Positions 39,821-53,224 of a DNA stretch of 64,000 nt are shown one piece after another (positions within the stretch are counted from its first letter, which is position 1; the number at the start of each line of letters is the position of its first letter). The position numbers and the translations under genes are program-made. The stretch is from Phoronis australis (lineage: Eukaryota; Animalia; Phoronida), in NCBI GenBank assembly GCA_002633005.1, contig NMRA01000506.1, positions 144,069-208,068 on the forward strand, in the 5' to 3' direction. The notes beneath the pieces are model-generated. The model made no database searches and was not told where the DNA came from. It saw only the letters and a program-made list of their open reading frames with translations.

Positions 39821-41806
39821 CCGCAAAATCGTTATCTCACTAGTGAGAAAACTTTATGGGTTATCACACGGTTGTATCTGCCATTTGACGCTAATATTGT
39901 GGTATGAAGCATAGTATTTGGAAGTTTCAAATGAATTTGATCAGCCATTTCTGAAGCCAAATTTGGACAATTTTCTAAGGTCCTGAATAACCTTAATTGA
40001 ACTGATGGCAAAGATGACAAACGAATGAAGCCATCATTGAAACACAAGTTGCATAGATGAACCACAATAAAACGAAATTAAATGTGCACCAACAGAAGGC
40101 TATAAATGTAACAAAAATGACATGTGCCCTAATCAGACTATTGAGCTTGGAACTGAGGATAAATCTTTACTAAAGAAGACTGAACTAGGTGAAGTGGAAT
40201 TCTTCAGTTGGGACAGTTTAATTATTATGCTCAAAGCATTGCATATGTTACCACTGATTGGCTACAATTGGCTACAAATGGGGGCCAGGAGATTAAGTAA
40301 ATGATTAGTATTGTGCTGGGACACAAGGTGGAGCTACAAGTGGGTGCTTGCAGACCTTGAGTTTAAAAAAAGGAAATGATTTCATAGTAGTGTTAAATCA
40401 AACAACTGAATCAGATGTACATATACATATTATACATAACAGATATAGTGCATTATAACAATCTCAAATGGATGTTACTACTTTTATGGCCGAAAAACAC
40501 ATTTTTACGATTATTGGTGGACAGGATAGACATCTTGAAGTTTACAGGTTTGACAAGAGCTGTAAAATAATAATATTCGTAGTTTTTTTGACAATGTATG
40601 CCACTATCTGGCAGACATTTGCTAAATTCAAGGCTATTGACTTTACCAGTATATGCCACACATAGAGTGGGATTTAGTCCTGTTTCGAAATTCTTGTTAG
40701 TAACTGAAATCAAGTCGTATCAGGGTGAAGACTGTTATGAGACCAATTTCATGAGCAATTTTAATGAAAGAATTCATCAGTCATCACCACTCTCTTAAAC
40801 ATGGGTCAGCAACCAATGGCAATTCTGTACAGGCCGCAACCACATGCTAAACGTACCGCCCACCCTCAGTTTACACACACGAGACTTTACAAGTGCTTAC
40901 GACTTCTTCAAAAAGTACACAACTCAACTATTTTTGAGTATAATAACATCTTACACATTTCGGACAAAAATAATTGTCAAAATTACCTTTTTCTTTTTCA
41001 AGGTTTTATATTTCAGTTGTGATTGGGCTCACAATTTTTCATTGTATTTTCTGATGATAGCTATGGTACACAGCACGAACATGGTATAGCATTAATACAT
41101 CTCTTTTACGAAAACAAGAGCAATGCAAAGCCTTGAAATGTGCATAGAATTTCACCCCAAATGGTGTTTTAGAGTGTTCATTAATATCATAAAAATGGCA
41201 CTATGACAGACCTGTCTGAAAATTAGAAGGTAGTTCCTCGCCTGCCTAACACAAAACTATTTGCTACATTTTATGAAAATCCGTACAGGAGCTAAAAGGA
41301 TACCGAGGCAAAAGTAAAAAAACCCTTTCCACTAAGGAGGCAGAGAGATTGGATCTGTGTCCATCTGTTGTCCACTTAAGTGGAATACAGTTGGCAAATT
41401 TCACAAAGGCCCAGTACCAGGTTTAGGGGATAACAGCAGATGTAGAAAGGCCACTAGGAGGCACTCCAAAAGTTGGACCCACACTGTCTGATATGCTGTC
41501 AATTTTTGTGATGATCACCTAAGCAGTTTGGCAGAGACTGATGACAAAAACTAGACTCAAAAATAATAAAAACTGTCGCTAGATAGAATCAAATTTGTCA
41601 AATTGAAAGGGGCTGTCACCTCAACAAACCAAACTTCATGAAAAAGTATCATGGAACTCTGACGATACAGAACCAAATACAAAAACTAAAATTGGCACTA
41701 GGGGGCACAGCAGTAGTCAGATCCATTGAAAAGCCGTGGTCAGCCGTTGTCACATTCCTAGGTAAGCACTTGCCACATTTTCAGAACAATCCTGCACACA
41801 GTAAGA

Positions 41807-42918
41807 AGATACAGTGGCAGACACAAAAAACAGAATTTAACAATTAGGGGGCGCCACACCAGTCAAAGCTGTCTGAAAATCAACGTCAACCACGGTTTCC
41901 TAAAAATGAACATGTCTGTCAAGTTTCATAAAAATCCTTTAAGTGGTTGAGAGAAATAAAGAGGTGGACTCAAAAATAACTAAAATGGCCACTAGGTGGT
42001 GCAAAATATGTTGCATCAATCCAAAAAGGGAAAAGAATAGCACAATGTATTCTCAATTGCTGAGTCATGAAATCAACAGGTGAACTCCAAAGATACAGAG
42101 CCAACGATAAAAAGAAAAAGTAACAATTAAAATTGCCAATAAGAGGCACGGCAATATTTGGATCAGTGACATTCGCATCTGTCATTAGCTGCATAAGAAT
42201 CCATCTGCCAAATTTCACAAAGCTTCTTCAAAGAGTTGGTGGAGACACTAAGCCCAAAATCCTCATTCAGGGGCGAAACAGTAGTCCACCTGTCTGCAGG
42301 ACCTTTCCTACTGACGTCAATGCATCGATGGTTTGGGGAGTTGCGGTCAGTATGAACTCNAGATACAGTGGCAGACACAAAAAACAAAATTTAACAATTA
42401 GGGGGCGCCACACCAGTCAAAGTTGTCTGAAAATCAACGTCAACCACGGTTTCCTAAAAATGAACATGTCTGTCAAGTTTCATAAAAATCCTTTAAGTGG
42501 TTGAGGGAAATAAAGAGGTGGACTCAAAAATAACTAAAATGGCCCGGCCACTAGGTGGTGCAAAATATGTTGCATCAATCCAAAAAGGGAAAAGAATAGC
42601 ACAATGTATTCTCAATTGCTGAGTCATGAAATCAACAGGTGAACTCCAAAGATACAGAGCCAACGATAAAAAGAAAAAGTAACAATTAAAATTGCCAATA
42701 AGAGGCACGGCAATATTTGGATCAGTGACATTCGCATCTGTCATTAGCTGCATAAGAATCCATCTGCCAAATTTCACAAAGCTTCTTCAAAGAGTTGGTG
42801 GAGACACTAAGCCCAAAATCCTCATTCAGGGGCGAAACAGTAGTCCACCTGTCTGCAGGACCTTTCCTACTGACGTCAATGCATCGATGGTTTGGGGAGT
42901 TGCGGTCAGTATGAACTC
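41807..42918 (+). other. ~555 bp near-identical direct duplication around a single N (42360); probable assembly or haplotype overlap
   Basis: 41807-42359 and 42361-42918 differ by a few substitutions and one 5-bp indel. Confidence 0.85.
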
Positions 42919-43361
42919 TTAACTCCGGTCCTGGATCGCAGTTAACAGCTCCAGTTAACATTGCAGTTAACAGGTGGATTAAATAGCGCAGCGTCGACGC
43001 TGCGGTGTAGTATGAACGCTTAACTTCGGTTCAATCGAAGTTATCGCCAGGTGCCACTGTTATCGTCAACAGTTACAGGGTAGTGTCGTCACTTAATAGC
43101 TGCTTATATTTTGGTCTAATAACAACTAATTGATTTAAAAATAGGTTTAGTGTCATTTAGCACATGTAAAGGTTCACAAATAGTGTCATTGAAAAATATC
43201 TTAGTGTGCGGCGCTACCTTGCGATAACTTCGATGACGACAGCAACACCGTTTACTTCGATGTTCATTAACTACCGAAGCCAGAATAAACGGTCTAGTTA
43301 ACTGCTCTGTTTACATCCACGCTCCCTGACAGACCGGAGTTAAGTCAATATGAAAGGGCCT
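42857..43361. mobile_element. MITE (possibly Harbinger-type) nested in HINE copy 1
   Basis: Termini aggacctttcctactgac / gtcaatatgaaagggcct and subterminal ttaactccggtc / gaccggagttaa. It interrupts the host motif tgtctg|aaaatcaac. Confidence 0.7.
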
Positions 43362-46300
43362 TAAAAATCAACATGTGGTCTTCTCATCAGGAACAATACT
43401 GTCATCAGTAAATTTTCATAATGATCCTTTGAGTGGTTTGGCAGATAGAATGGCGGACACCAGAACACAGACTCAAAAGTAACAAAATGGCCGCAAAGTG
43501 GCATGTAATATGTCAAATCCATTCGGAAATGGAATGGCATCGTCATCTCCTTTAAAGAGAAAGTGGACGCTGAGACAGAGATGACTGCAATGTGCACTCA
43601 CATATATGTATATATGGGTGCACAAAAATCAGGAAATAAAATTTCATGTCCACCATATTATGTCCTGAACTGTTGTGGTGGTACCCGAACAATCAGTTTC
43701 ACCAGAACTGTGCTTTATTCACACAGGAAAATATTAATTATCTCCTTTACTGAAGGAGACATGAAACGATTCACTGAGCTCATGTGGATTCTATTATCAA
43801 ACTCAATTAGCTATGAAATGTTATCTCATTGATCACACTCGTATGCTAAAAAGGCAAAAACGTTCACTTGAGCAGAACATTGCAGTTCAATAGTACGCCT
43901 AGTATTTGTATCCCAGGGTTCTCAAAAATTTTGTTTTCATACGCCCATGCTCAGCTTGACGCCCACTCTCTCATTATATAGTTGTCCTAAAATGGCCAAG
44001 TACAGTATCCAAATTGCCACATGGCCATAGATAGCCATAACACCAGTTGTAACAAATTTACCAGGCAAGAATAAAAGTATGCACCCTAGCTTGGCACAGA
44101 CAATGAAGCCTTTCACAAGAGTAACTTGTGTTTCGCAGCGTTTAATGACTGTTGTGGTCATTATTTTTGATTTAAATAAATTGCTTTTTGCACTCATAAA
44201 CTGGTCATGAAGAATCACATGACAACAAATTACTTGGAAACTTCAGACGTGTACACTCACCATTTGCTTAACATTTCATGAAATGTACAATTTAATTCTT
44301 TTTTTAATTTTCACATTTTTATGTATTTTAGTCTTTGCCTAATACAACTTTGCAAAAAATTTTGGGGTCACCAAATTAGATACTCCTTTACATACATGCA
44401 AACAAACCTGCGACAAAAAATATGAAATTTATACGATTACTGAAAATCCCCCTCTAAATAAATGGTTGAAATCTTTTTGAAAAGAGATTAATTTCATAGT
44501 ACGATGACAGTTGTTGTGGTTATAACAGTTTAATGATTTCCTTTTCTCGTTATAAGAACAGTCACGTTTTCCTGGATTTTGAATACCTAAAATTTTAGTG
44601 TCTTGCCTTCTACACAAAAAGTTAGCCCTTAAATTTCTTATACATTTCATTTTGATGCCACTTGCTTTTTTATAAAATTTAATAAGAGAGAAAAAACAAG
44701 TAATCAAGGGTTTTAGCAACACTGTTCAACAACCTACATAAGAATGTGAACTTAGACCTTCTCAAAAGTGTGCCAAGTTTAAGACCACGGTTACCCTGCT
44801 GCATTTCACCTATTATAATTATATGCTAAAATTTAATTTGTTGAAAACCTTAAGTTTCACGTGTCTGTCATATCCTAAGCTAAGTGAAAATTGCCATAGC
44901 AACTGGTCATGACACTTGAACAATAAATGCCAAGAGGTCAATGCACTAAAACCAACCATTTGAGCACCTCATTTATAATTTCAATGAATTTACTGCGAAA
45001 TTCTGAGGTAAAAAAATGATTTTTGATTTAACTAGCTAGCATATTTGACAAGCTTCAACATGCCCAATATCAAATAATTAAAGCTTAATCAAAATCAGTT
45101 TCAAAGGCCAATTACTTTGTACTCTTCCAGTAGGCAGCCACACAAACAGCTTTCATTTACCCTCATGACACTTTCAACAGATGAAAACATTCCAGAATAA
45201 CTTGTCCTTAATTTGACTGAAATTTCACCTTTATCATAGTATTTTAAAATTAGGAATTATAAATTAAAGATATTTATGATAAAGTTTCCTCAATTAGAGC
45301 ATAATAAGGCCAAACACTGACATTTCATTTTATGGAAAACTTTCAGTAACAATACACAGGAAGAAAACTTTACATCATGACTTGCACAATTTCTATTCAA
45401 CAAAAAATGATAATTGTTCACAATGCCTGGAGCTATTGAAAAATGAAAAATGACAGTTTTGGTAATTATTTTTGTTTGAATTTCAGGAAACTTTACCATA
45501 CATTTACATAAATTGTCTAGGTTATAAATAGTGAAGACTATTTAATCACAAGTTCAACAGGAATGCAGATCAGGCTAGTGCAATGCAAGGTCTCGCTACT
45601 GCTATATGTGAGGAAGTAGAAAACTGTCAGAGAAAGATGAATGAATGGCTACAGGAAATGACGAATTAATGTTAGTTATTTCAGTTGCCTGAACACTATC
45701 TCTCTACTAGAGCGGCAAAATCTCACCAAGATCTTTCACTTAAAAGCAATTGCAAAAATTGATTCTTTTCCATTTTCATGGTCTTCTAACATTTTAGAAC
45801 AAATTTACAAAATATTGTCAGATGGCAGCTAAGGTATACAAAATTGAAAACTACAAAAGCATGAACTTGGTACTTAACATGTCTTTTACGAAAAAATTGA
45901 AAAAATAAAATTTCAACAATCTACCACAAACGAAATTTTACTGTTAGTATCTTTCAGGCGACTGACCAGGTTACACCCATTCATTTGAATAAACAGGGGG
46001 GATAAGCGTTAAACCGTTTTGATTCAAAGTTATAAAAATCTTTTAAATGCATTAGATATCTACAAACACCCATACGCTGCTGTCCAACCCCAAAATTTCA
46101 AAATTTTCAATTTAAGTGCCCATCCTTGGCTCAATGCCCAAGCACAAAGTATATGACTACTAGTAAGACTTCTATAAAAGTGTCTGAGATTTTGTGAGTG
46201 CCCGTCTAATCTAAGAGTTTTAGCTCCCAAAAAGTACGCAGCTCACAGACCATTCACTTACTATTGGTCAATTTCAGCAAAACTTTGTCTTATCCGCCTG

Positions 46301-46649
46301 GGAAAATACCCATACTCTACTGCTTTTAGACATGAAATGGTGTTTTTGGTTCATGAGCATCCAAATATTATTGTGGAAATTTACGAAAAATGGTGAAACC
46401 ACTAGGAGATTAAGCATTGTGTGACCCTTGTGTGGATACTGCTTGCATTAGAAAATTTAATATATGCAACAAAAAACAGGGTCACACTGATGTTTTATTT
46501 TTACCCTTGCACATGAACTCAGATGTTAAAGTACCTTATTAGGGATTAATCCGATTGGTCGTTCAGGTAGGTGTGCACTCCAGACTTCTCAAAAATTTTA
46601 TCCAAGCGCCCAGGCTCAGCTTGGCACCCACCGCGATTGGTTCCCCAAT

Positions 46650-47154
46650 TTAAGGTTATTGACAAGTCCTTGTATTTAGCCAAATATCTGCAAAACTACA
46701 GATATTAACGTGGCAAAAGCATATACATTCTGAAAGTAGAAAAATCTATGGAATTTGAATTTTGACTTTTTACCAATCCGGCATGAATGAGTCGAGTGAC
46801 CACATCCTTTTGTTAAAATTTAGCAAAAAAGAAAGGCATGCTGTCTGAGAGCAAAACAACGATATCAATAACGGCCAAATTTCATTTGATACAACTGTTC
46901 AAGAAGAAATTTCAAAAACATTTCATTGTTAGTTTTCTAAACTATTACCTCATTTTCGTTTTATGCAACTTCATATAAGTCCTATTTTTTGATAGCCCCA
47001 CACACAAAGTACAGCATGATCTTAAAAAGAATTCCTAACAGCATTTTGGAAAACAGTGCACTATTATCTAAAAGTGTCATAAGAATATCGATCAGCCACT
47101 TCTGAGATATGATGTTCCAAAGTTATCCAGTTTTGGGGCCCTACATAAGCTTAA
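46650..47154 (-). mobile_element. family B element, apparently complete (~500 bp)
   Basis: TTAA-bounded termini ttaaggttat...ataagcttaa; internal homology to 7008-7649. Confidence 0.75.
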
Positions 47155-47172
47155 GGTAATGATAAAATACTT

Positions 47173-49580
47173 AACATGACCAACGCGGTGCAGAGCATTG
47201 AAATGCGCCTACAACTTCACTGAAAAAACGATGAGCATCTAGAGGTGTTTAGTATCATAAAAATGGCCATTAAATGACACAGAATATGTCAAACCGTCAG
47301 AAATTGGTAAGGTATAATCGTTTATCTAATACAAAACTATTCTGCTAAATTTCTTGAAAATATGACAAGGAACTCTAAAGATACAGAGGCAAATGTAAAC
47401 AATACCACTAGGGGGCGCAGCAGTAGTCAAATCCATCCATCTGTTGTCAAGTTAATACACTTGCCAAATTGTGATCTTGCAAGAGGTTTACTAGATAAAG
47501 CCACAGATGCAAAAATATCACAAAGGTCACCACAGTAGTTGGACACATTTGAAAATCTACATCAGTTGTGCTCTTGTCAGCCAGATTTTCATTACAATGC
47601 TATGCGTGGTTTGGCAGATACAGACAACAAAAAAACAGGCTCGTAAATAATTAAAATGGCCATTACGTGGCGCAGAATACATTAAGTACAAATACAGAGG
47701 CAAATGGAACAAACCAATGCGAAGCGTTGAAAATTGCGCACATGCCTGCACCGTAACTGGTGTTGCTTCTAGGGGTGTTTAACTGTATCACAAAAAATGG
47801 TCACTAGATGGCACAAAATGCACTGAACCCATTCAAAAACTGGAAGGTGGCATCTCTCCAAACTATTTACCAATGTTCATGAAAATCCCTTAATGAACTC
47901 CAAAGATACAAAGACAAATGTAAAAAAGTGTTATTAGGAACCACAGCCGTAGTCGAATCCGTCCATCTGCTGTAAAGTTAACAGGAATGCAATTGCAAAA
48001 TTTCAAAAACACCTTGTATGGGCTTAGGAGATACACCCATAGATGCGAAAGAGATGTCACTAAGGGGTACCAAAGTAGTTGAGGACCCATTTGAAAATCA
48101 ATGTCAGTCATGCTCTTGTCAGTAGGAACACATCTGCCAATTTTCATAATGATCTTCTGCGTAGATACAGAAGTAGACGCCAACAGACTAAAAATAATTA
48201 AAATGGCCACCAGTTGGTGCGAAGCCACCACAAAAAGGAAAGATGCTGTCACCCTCAAATTTCATGAAAAACCAAGCGTAAAAATAAAATTGCCACTTGT
48301 AAGGGAGCAAAGACGTAGTTGGATTGCTCTTAAACTCGTCGTCATCTGTTGCCATCTCAGTAGGAACACATCTGCTAAAATTCAAAAAAGTTCTTGCAAA
48401 GGGTAAAGGAGTTACCATCATGGATGCAACTAAAAATAAAATTGCCACTAGGGGGCACAGCTATAGTCTGATCCGTCCAAATGTAGTCATTATGCGTTGT
48501 CAACTTCATAAAAATACACTTGAAAAATTTAATAGAGATCCTACAGAGGGTTTGGGAGATACAGTCAAAGATGCTAAACATGCCGCTAGGAAGTGCCACA
48601 GTTGTCTGAGACGTCCAAAAATCATCATCAGCCAACCTCTTCCTAGTAGAAACATAAACGCAAATTTTCAAAATGATCCTTAGAGGGGCACAGTGTGTTC
48701 CTCGGATCCATCAGAAAGTCGTTGTCATTAGTTATCAACTTGATATACGCTTGCCAAGTTTAATGAAGATCCTGCAGAAGGTTTAAGAGATACAGCCATG
48801 GGCGCAAAAAACTGCAAGTAGGAGGCACCACAGTAGTCAGAGTCGTCCGAAAATCATTGCCAGCCGAGCCGTCCTCTTCACAGTAGGAATATTTATATGC
48901 CAATTTTCACAATCACAGTTTCCTTGATAGAGGGGTCGACACCCAAAAACTGTCGAAAACAGAAGAAATGGCCATCAGGTGGTGCAAAGTACCTTGTATC
49001 CATCCGAAATGGGAAGGTAGCTCATCTCACTAATAGACACCTATTTGCCAAATTTTATGAAAATCCATTGAGGACCTTTGAAGATACAGAAGTAAATGTA
49101 AAAAACTAAATTGTCATTAGAGAGCACACCGGAAGTCGCATCCGTCGGAAAATTCACTCATGCTGTCCGCATCCATGAAAGGAACATACCGGTACATGCA
49201 AAATTTCATGAACACACTGTAAAGGGTTTTGGAGATAAGAGCAGTGGATGCCAGACACCAGACATGACAGATGCATATGTGGGCACATAAAAAGGACACA
49301 AGGTGTTGTGTAATATGTCAAAACTGTCTGAAAATGGAATGGCATCCTCTACTTAATGAAAATGTACAGGCATTTGCCACAAATTTCAGAAAAATCCATT
49401 AAGGGACTCCAAAGATACAGAGGCAAACGTAAAAGGCTAAAATTGCACTAGGGGGCACAGCGACAGTCGGATAAGTCTGAAATTCGTTGTCATATGTCGT
49501 CAGCTCCATAGGAACACATCTGCCTAATTTCACTAAGATCCTGAAAGAGGTTTAGGAGATACAGCAACAGTCACTAGATG
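47173..49580 (-). mobile_element. HINE family 1 (copy 2, ending near 49293, plus extra core units to ~49580)
   Basis: gcattgaaatgcgcctac end motif, tatgtgggcacataaaaa terminus, and repeated ccactagRkggc core units. Confidence 0.8.
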
Positions 49581-49880
49581 CCTAGATATAGATGACAACA
49601 ATATGCACCAACATAAAAATATATGAACGCATGAGATCAAACTTGTTAAGTAACTTTTGAAGATTTGAAAGAAAACCCTTAAAACAATATTAAAATCCTT
49701 ATCAAAGAATCTTAGCAAGTGCATTGAAGCAATGCCCAGATGCTTACACTTTACAAAACCTCATCTCTCACGGAGATCACCAAATTCTAGGTTTTTGTCA
49801 CACAAAATTCTGTTTCTTTATTCTACGAGCAACAAAAGAGTGTCTGAGTTTTTCTTTTCAGGCATTTTCAGTTTCAACAC

Positions 49881-50248
49881 CAAGATACCTAAACTACACG
49901 GTCAACGGACTCACAAAGCACGATTCACGCACCCAAATACACGGGACACGGACTCATATTCATGAGGAAACACGGTTAACGGACCGCCAAACACGGGTCA
50001 CGGACTCATCGGCTTCCTGGGTCAGCTGACATCTCAATTTCGTCCGTAAACCGTGTTTGGAAGTCTGTTAACTGTGTTTCCTCGGAATATGAATCCGTGT
50101 CCCGTATATTTGAGTGCGTGGATCGTGTTTTGTGAGTCCGTTCCCGTGTTTGTGAGTCAGTGGACTGTGTTTGCAGGTCCGTGAGTCGTGTTCATGCGTC
50201 CGTGGGCCGTGTTTATGAGTCCGTTAACCGTGAAGTTTAGGTACCTTG
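49881..50248. mobile_element. foldback-type element with long modular inverted arms and a 5-bp TSD
   Basis: Termini caagatacctaaact / agtttaggtaccttg, arms built from acggactca/acacgg modules, and AACAC on both sides (49876-49880, 50249-50253). Confidence 0.85.
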
Positions 50249-50392
50249 AACACTGGTTCTCCAGCTAAGCCTTGAAAACTATTTTGTGGCTAATAAAGTA
50301 AAGAAACATAATTTGCAAGTTTCATATAAAAAAGTTCATGTATGTGGAAATTACGTCAATCCACCTAAAAAGATCCTTTTAGTAACGGACAC

Positions 50393-50804
50393 TTGGGTCC
50401 AAGGTCTAATCTTTTTGCTCGAACTCGAAAATATTTTTGTATTTTTTTAGTTTTGTGTGAACTCAAGATAAGTGTCAGTTTTTCTATGTACGAGTATGTT
50501 ATGCTTTACAGTGTTGAGTGCCTAAGTCAGACTTAATGAACCCTAGACTTGAGCTACTAACTTGAGTAATAACTGGAGATTTTGAGAAAAACTCAAAATA
50601 GTCCTAAGTTCAGTCTCAAAATTATAGCATAAAAGCTAGGGTCATCAAGAGCAAACTAGGATTAAACCGTCATCCACATAAACCATAACATTCTTGAGCA
50701 CAGAATAATAAACACTTATCTTGACTTAGCACAAAAATAAAGCGGAAAAGTAAAGAATAATTTTGAATTTCATTTCGAATGCAAAGATTATACCCCTGGC
50801 CCTA
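50393..50804. mobile_element. family C MITE (copy 2)
   Basis: Same TIRs and internal ttttgtgtgaactcaagata as 31826-32237. Confidence 0.8.
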
Positions 50805-51029
50805 GGAATTATTTTTGTGCACATCAGGGATTTTAAAAATATATAATTTTATTGGTCTTCTATTAATATTGAAAAGTTATCTTAAAATTTTCTTTGGTGA
50901 CAAAAGTATATTATCGAGCTCCGGATGGCAATCCAAATATGTACAGTAATGTCTACTAAATCGATGTTAAATATCCATACAATTCAAACTTACGTGCTGG
51001 TTCGAGGGAAGATTAATCCATATTTTGCT

Positions 51030-52550
51030 TTTAAGATGAAGACATGATATGTTCATTGTCTGACAAATCAGTGAAGTGTCTGGGGAAAGATTACGACGAC
51101 ACACTGAAGGATGGAGGCCATGTAAAAGTGGCGCTGGAAAGTTTACAGGAAAATCTTTGGAAGATCAGTGTAGATTACGTGGTCGCTTTAAGGTATGGTG
51201 TTACCATTTTGGTCTATTCCCAAAGGCCATGTTTCCTTTGACAGTGTACGATCTACCTATTACAGCAGTGAAGAGGATGAAGCGCTTGGTCATCCGCTGG
51301 CTGCATAAGTGGCTAGGCATCTCCCAAAGTTCCACCAGGTTGGGCCAGTAAATGAAGTCTTCAGCAGTATACCTAAGTACACGATCTATTGTGGAAGAGT
51401 TTAAATTCATTAAGTGCAGGACTTTCCTGACATTGTGGGAGTTGAAAAATGAAGATACCAGCGGTGTAAAGATTGACGTTTTTGCTGGAAGAAAGTGGAG
51501 TCCAGAGGAGGAAGTGGCATCAGCAGAGAGCAAGCTTCACCATAAAGATTTGGTAGGGGCAGTTTCCAGAGGACGTGAAGGCCTTGGCAAACACCTAGAG
51601 GGAAAGATCGCCATTCTATGGTGTTAGACGAAATACGTCACCTGCAGGAAGAAAAGCGTTTTTCTCCCGCTGTGGTCTTGAGTAAGCAGGGTGCCTAGAC
51701 AACAAGGGAAGGAGTTCACAGTAGGCCCATTACAGCGAACAACCCAATTTCGTGTGACCAGTATTAAGATTAATTTTTCTCCTGCATTCTGTGTATGATG
51801 TACTCCCTAGTCAGACAAATCTGAAGTTGTGGTAAAGATACAAGACGATTCTTGCAGTAGCTGTGGGGAGCGCTGCACTTTACAGCATGTTTTGCCATCT
51901 TGTAAGTCGGCTTTGGAGGAAGGCAAATATAAGTGGAGACATGATACGATTCTCAAGGCGATTGCTCATATTTTGGACCTAGAAAGAAGGAAGGCGGTTC
52001 CCCGCTAATATCATTTTGCAAAGAAGGTGCATCTGGGAAGAGGAGAGATGCAGGTGTATTGACTACAGTGAGTCAGATTGGAAGATGGTTTTGGATGTAA
52101 GGGCCCTTGGCGGTATTCCCAAGCCATATAGTGATGACGACAGTCCGGCCTGACTTGCTATTATGGTCAGATGGTACAAAGACGGTCATCATAGTAGAAC
52201 ATACAGTACCATAGGAATCTCGAATGGTTGCGAAGAGTCGGTAGTTGGTTGGAATTGTTTTTGCATGCCAGTTGAAGTAGGATGTAGAGATTTCATCGGG
52301 AGCAGCATGTGGAGGTTGATGAATTTCAGGTATCAGCACATTGTCGAAGGAAGAATTTGGTGCTGACAGCCATAAGATCAGCTAAAGAGGCGTCGCCGTG
52401 GCTATGGTTACAGCGAGACAACAGGTGGCACTCCAAGTGGTTACCGAAGCCTGATCAACTTCGGGGACCCGGCATCGGAGATGATTCTAGATTAGGGGTC
52501 GAAATTATCGATGAGGATGCATTCTAGCTGATGACAGCACTTGGAGAGGT
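51030..52550 (+). mobile_element. decayed, 5'-truncated HERO-clade (R2-like, restriction-like endonuclease) non-LTR retrotransposon
   Basis: Across frameshifts: KSVKCLGK, GRFKVWCYHFG, WLHKWLG, SIVEEFK, GRKW..AES.L.HKDLVGAVSRGREGLG, SVYDVLPSQTNLKLW, CCHC knuckle CSSCGERCTLQHVLPSC, YKWRHD, RPDLLLWS (PD-D/E nuclease), PVEVGCR, EASPWLW. Confidence 0.88.
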
Positions 52551-53224
52551 GGCACACAAACTGGGTTTCGGGTAATTTTTGTACCAACCCCCCCTCCCTC
52601 CCCGTAAAATACTTCTAATAATAGGTACAGTGTGTGTCCACAGAAACAATAATTCAAACAATTTTGTACGCATTAATAAAATTTTGCCATACTCAGGGCA
52701 AAGGGAAAAATACGATGTTTTTCAAGGCTTTCTATTCAGGCAAATTATTGAAGACGTAAACAACATAAGCTACTAGATTTTTTCTTATATAATTTGCACT
52801 GCATAAGTCTCCCGCATCAATATGCCATTTGACAAGTGCTTCAGTTGTAATTGGCAGAAGTTTTTTTTTTGACAGTTTTAAATTGTTTGAGTAGCAAAAT
52901 TCAAATTGCGAACCAGACAGTATATGGTGCATATAGATTTATCTAACTTCCTAGAATTTTGGCGGAAGTTCTTCATTGTGTGTTTCACTTTTTTAAAGCT
53001 GATTAGCTTCTCAAATATACTGTTCACTAGAGAACATTTCTTCAATTTTACTTCAACAACTAGGCAAGCCCTGTGGAAAGTCATTACTTTTGGGTATGTG
53101 GGCTTTCAAATCCATGTTATGCCAATTTCTGTAAAATTACTTAAATTGCCGAGATGTGTCGATATATTTTCAATGACTGGAATTAATTTTACTTTGACTT
53201 TTTCATTCATTTTTGACAAGTTAA

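Larger units (their letters stand above)
41111..43628 (-). mobile_element. HINE/pearl-like Helentron derivative, family 1 (copy 1), with internal tandem repeats
   Basis: aaaacaagag end at 41111 and terminal hairpin tgtgcactcacatata..tatatgggtgcaca at 43591-43624. Core units are shared with 47173-49293 and 59614-60878. Confidence 0.8.

Noticed and set aside
41970-42961. Duplicated 75-120 aa ORFs (MKFGRWIL..., MPIRGTAI...)
   Set aside because: Chance ORFs inside HINE core repeats, doubled by the probable assembly overlap.
52490-52545. Hammerhead ribozyme in the HERO 3' UTR (GAAA and CTGATGA present)
   Set aside because: I could not form stems I-III around the core motifs; an Infernal search with hammerhead models would settle it.
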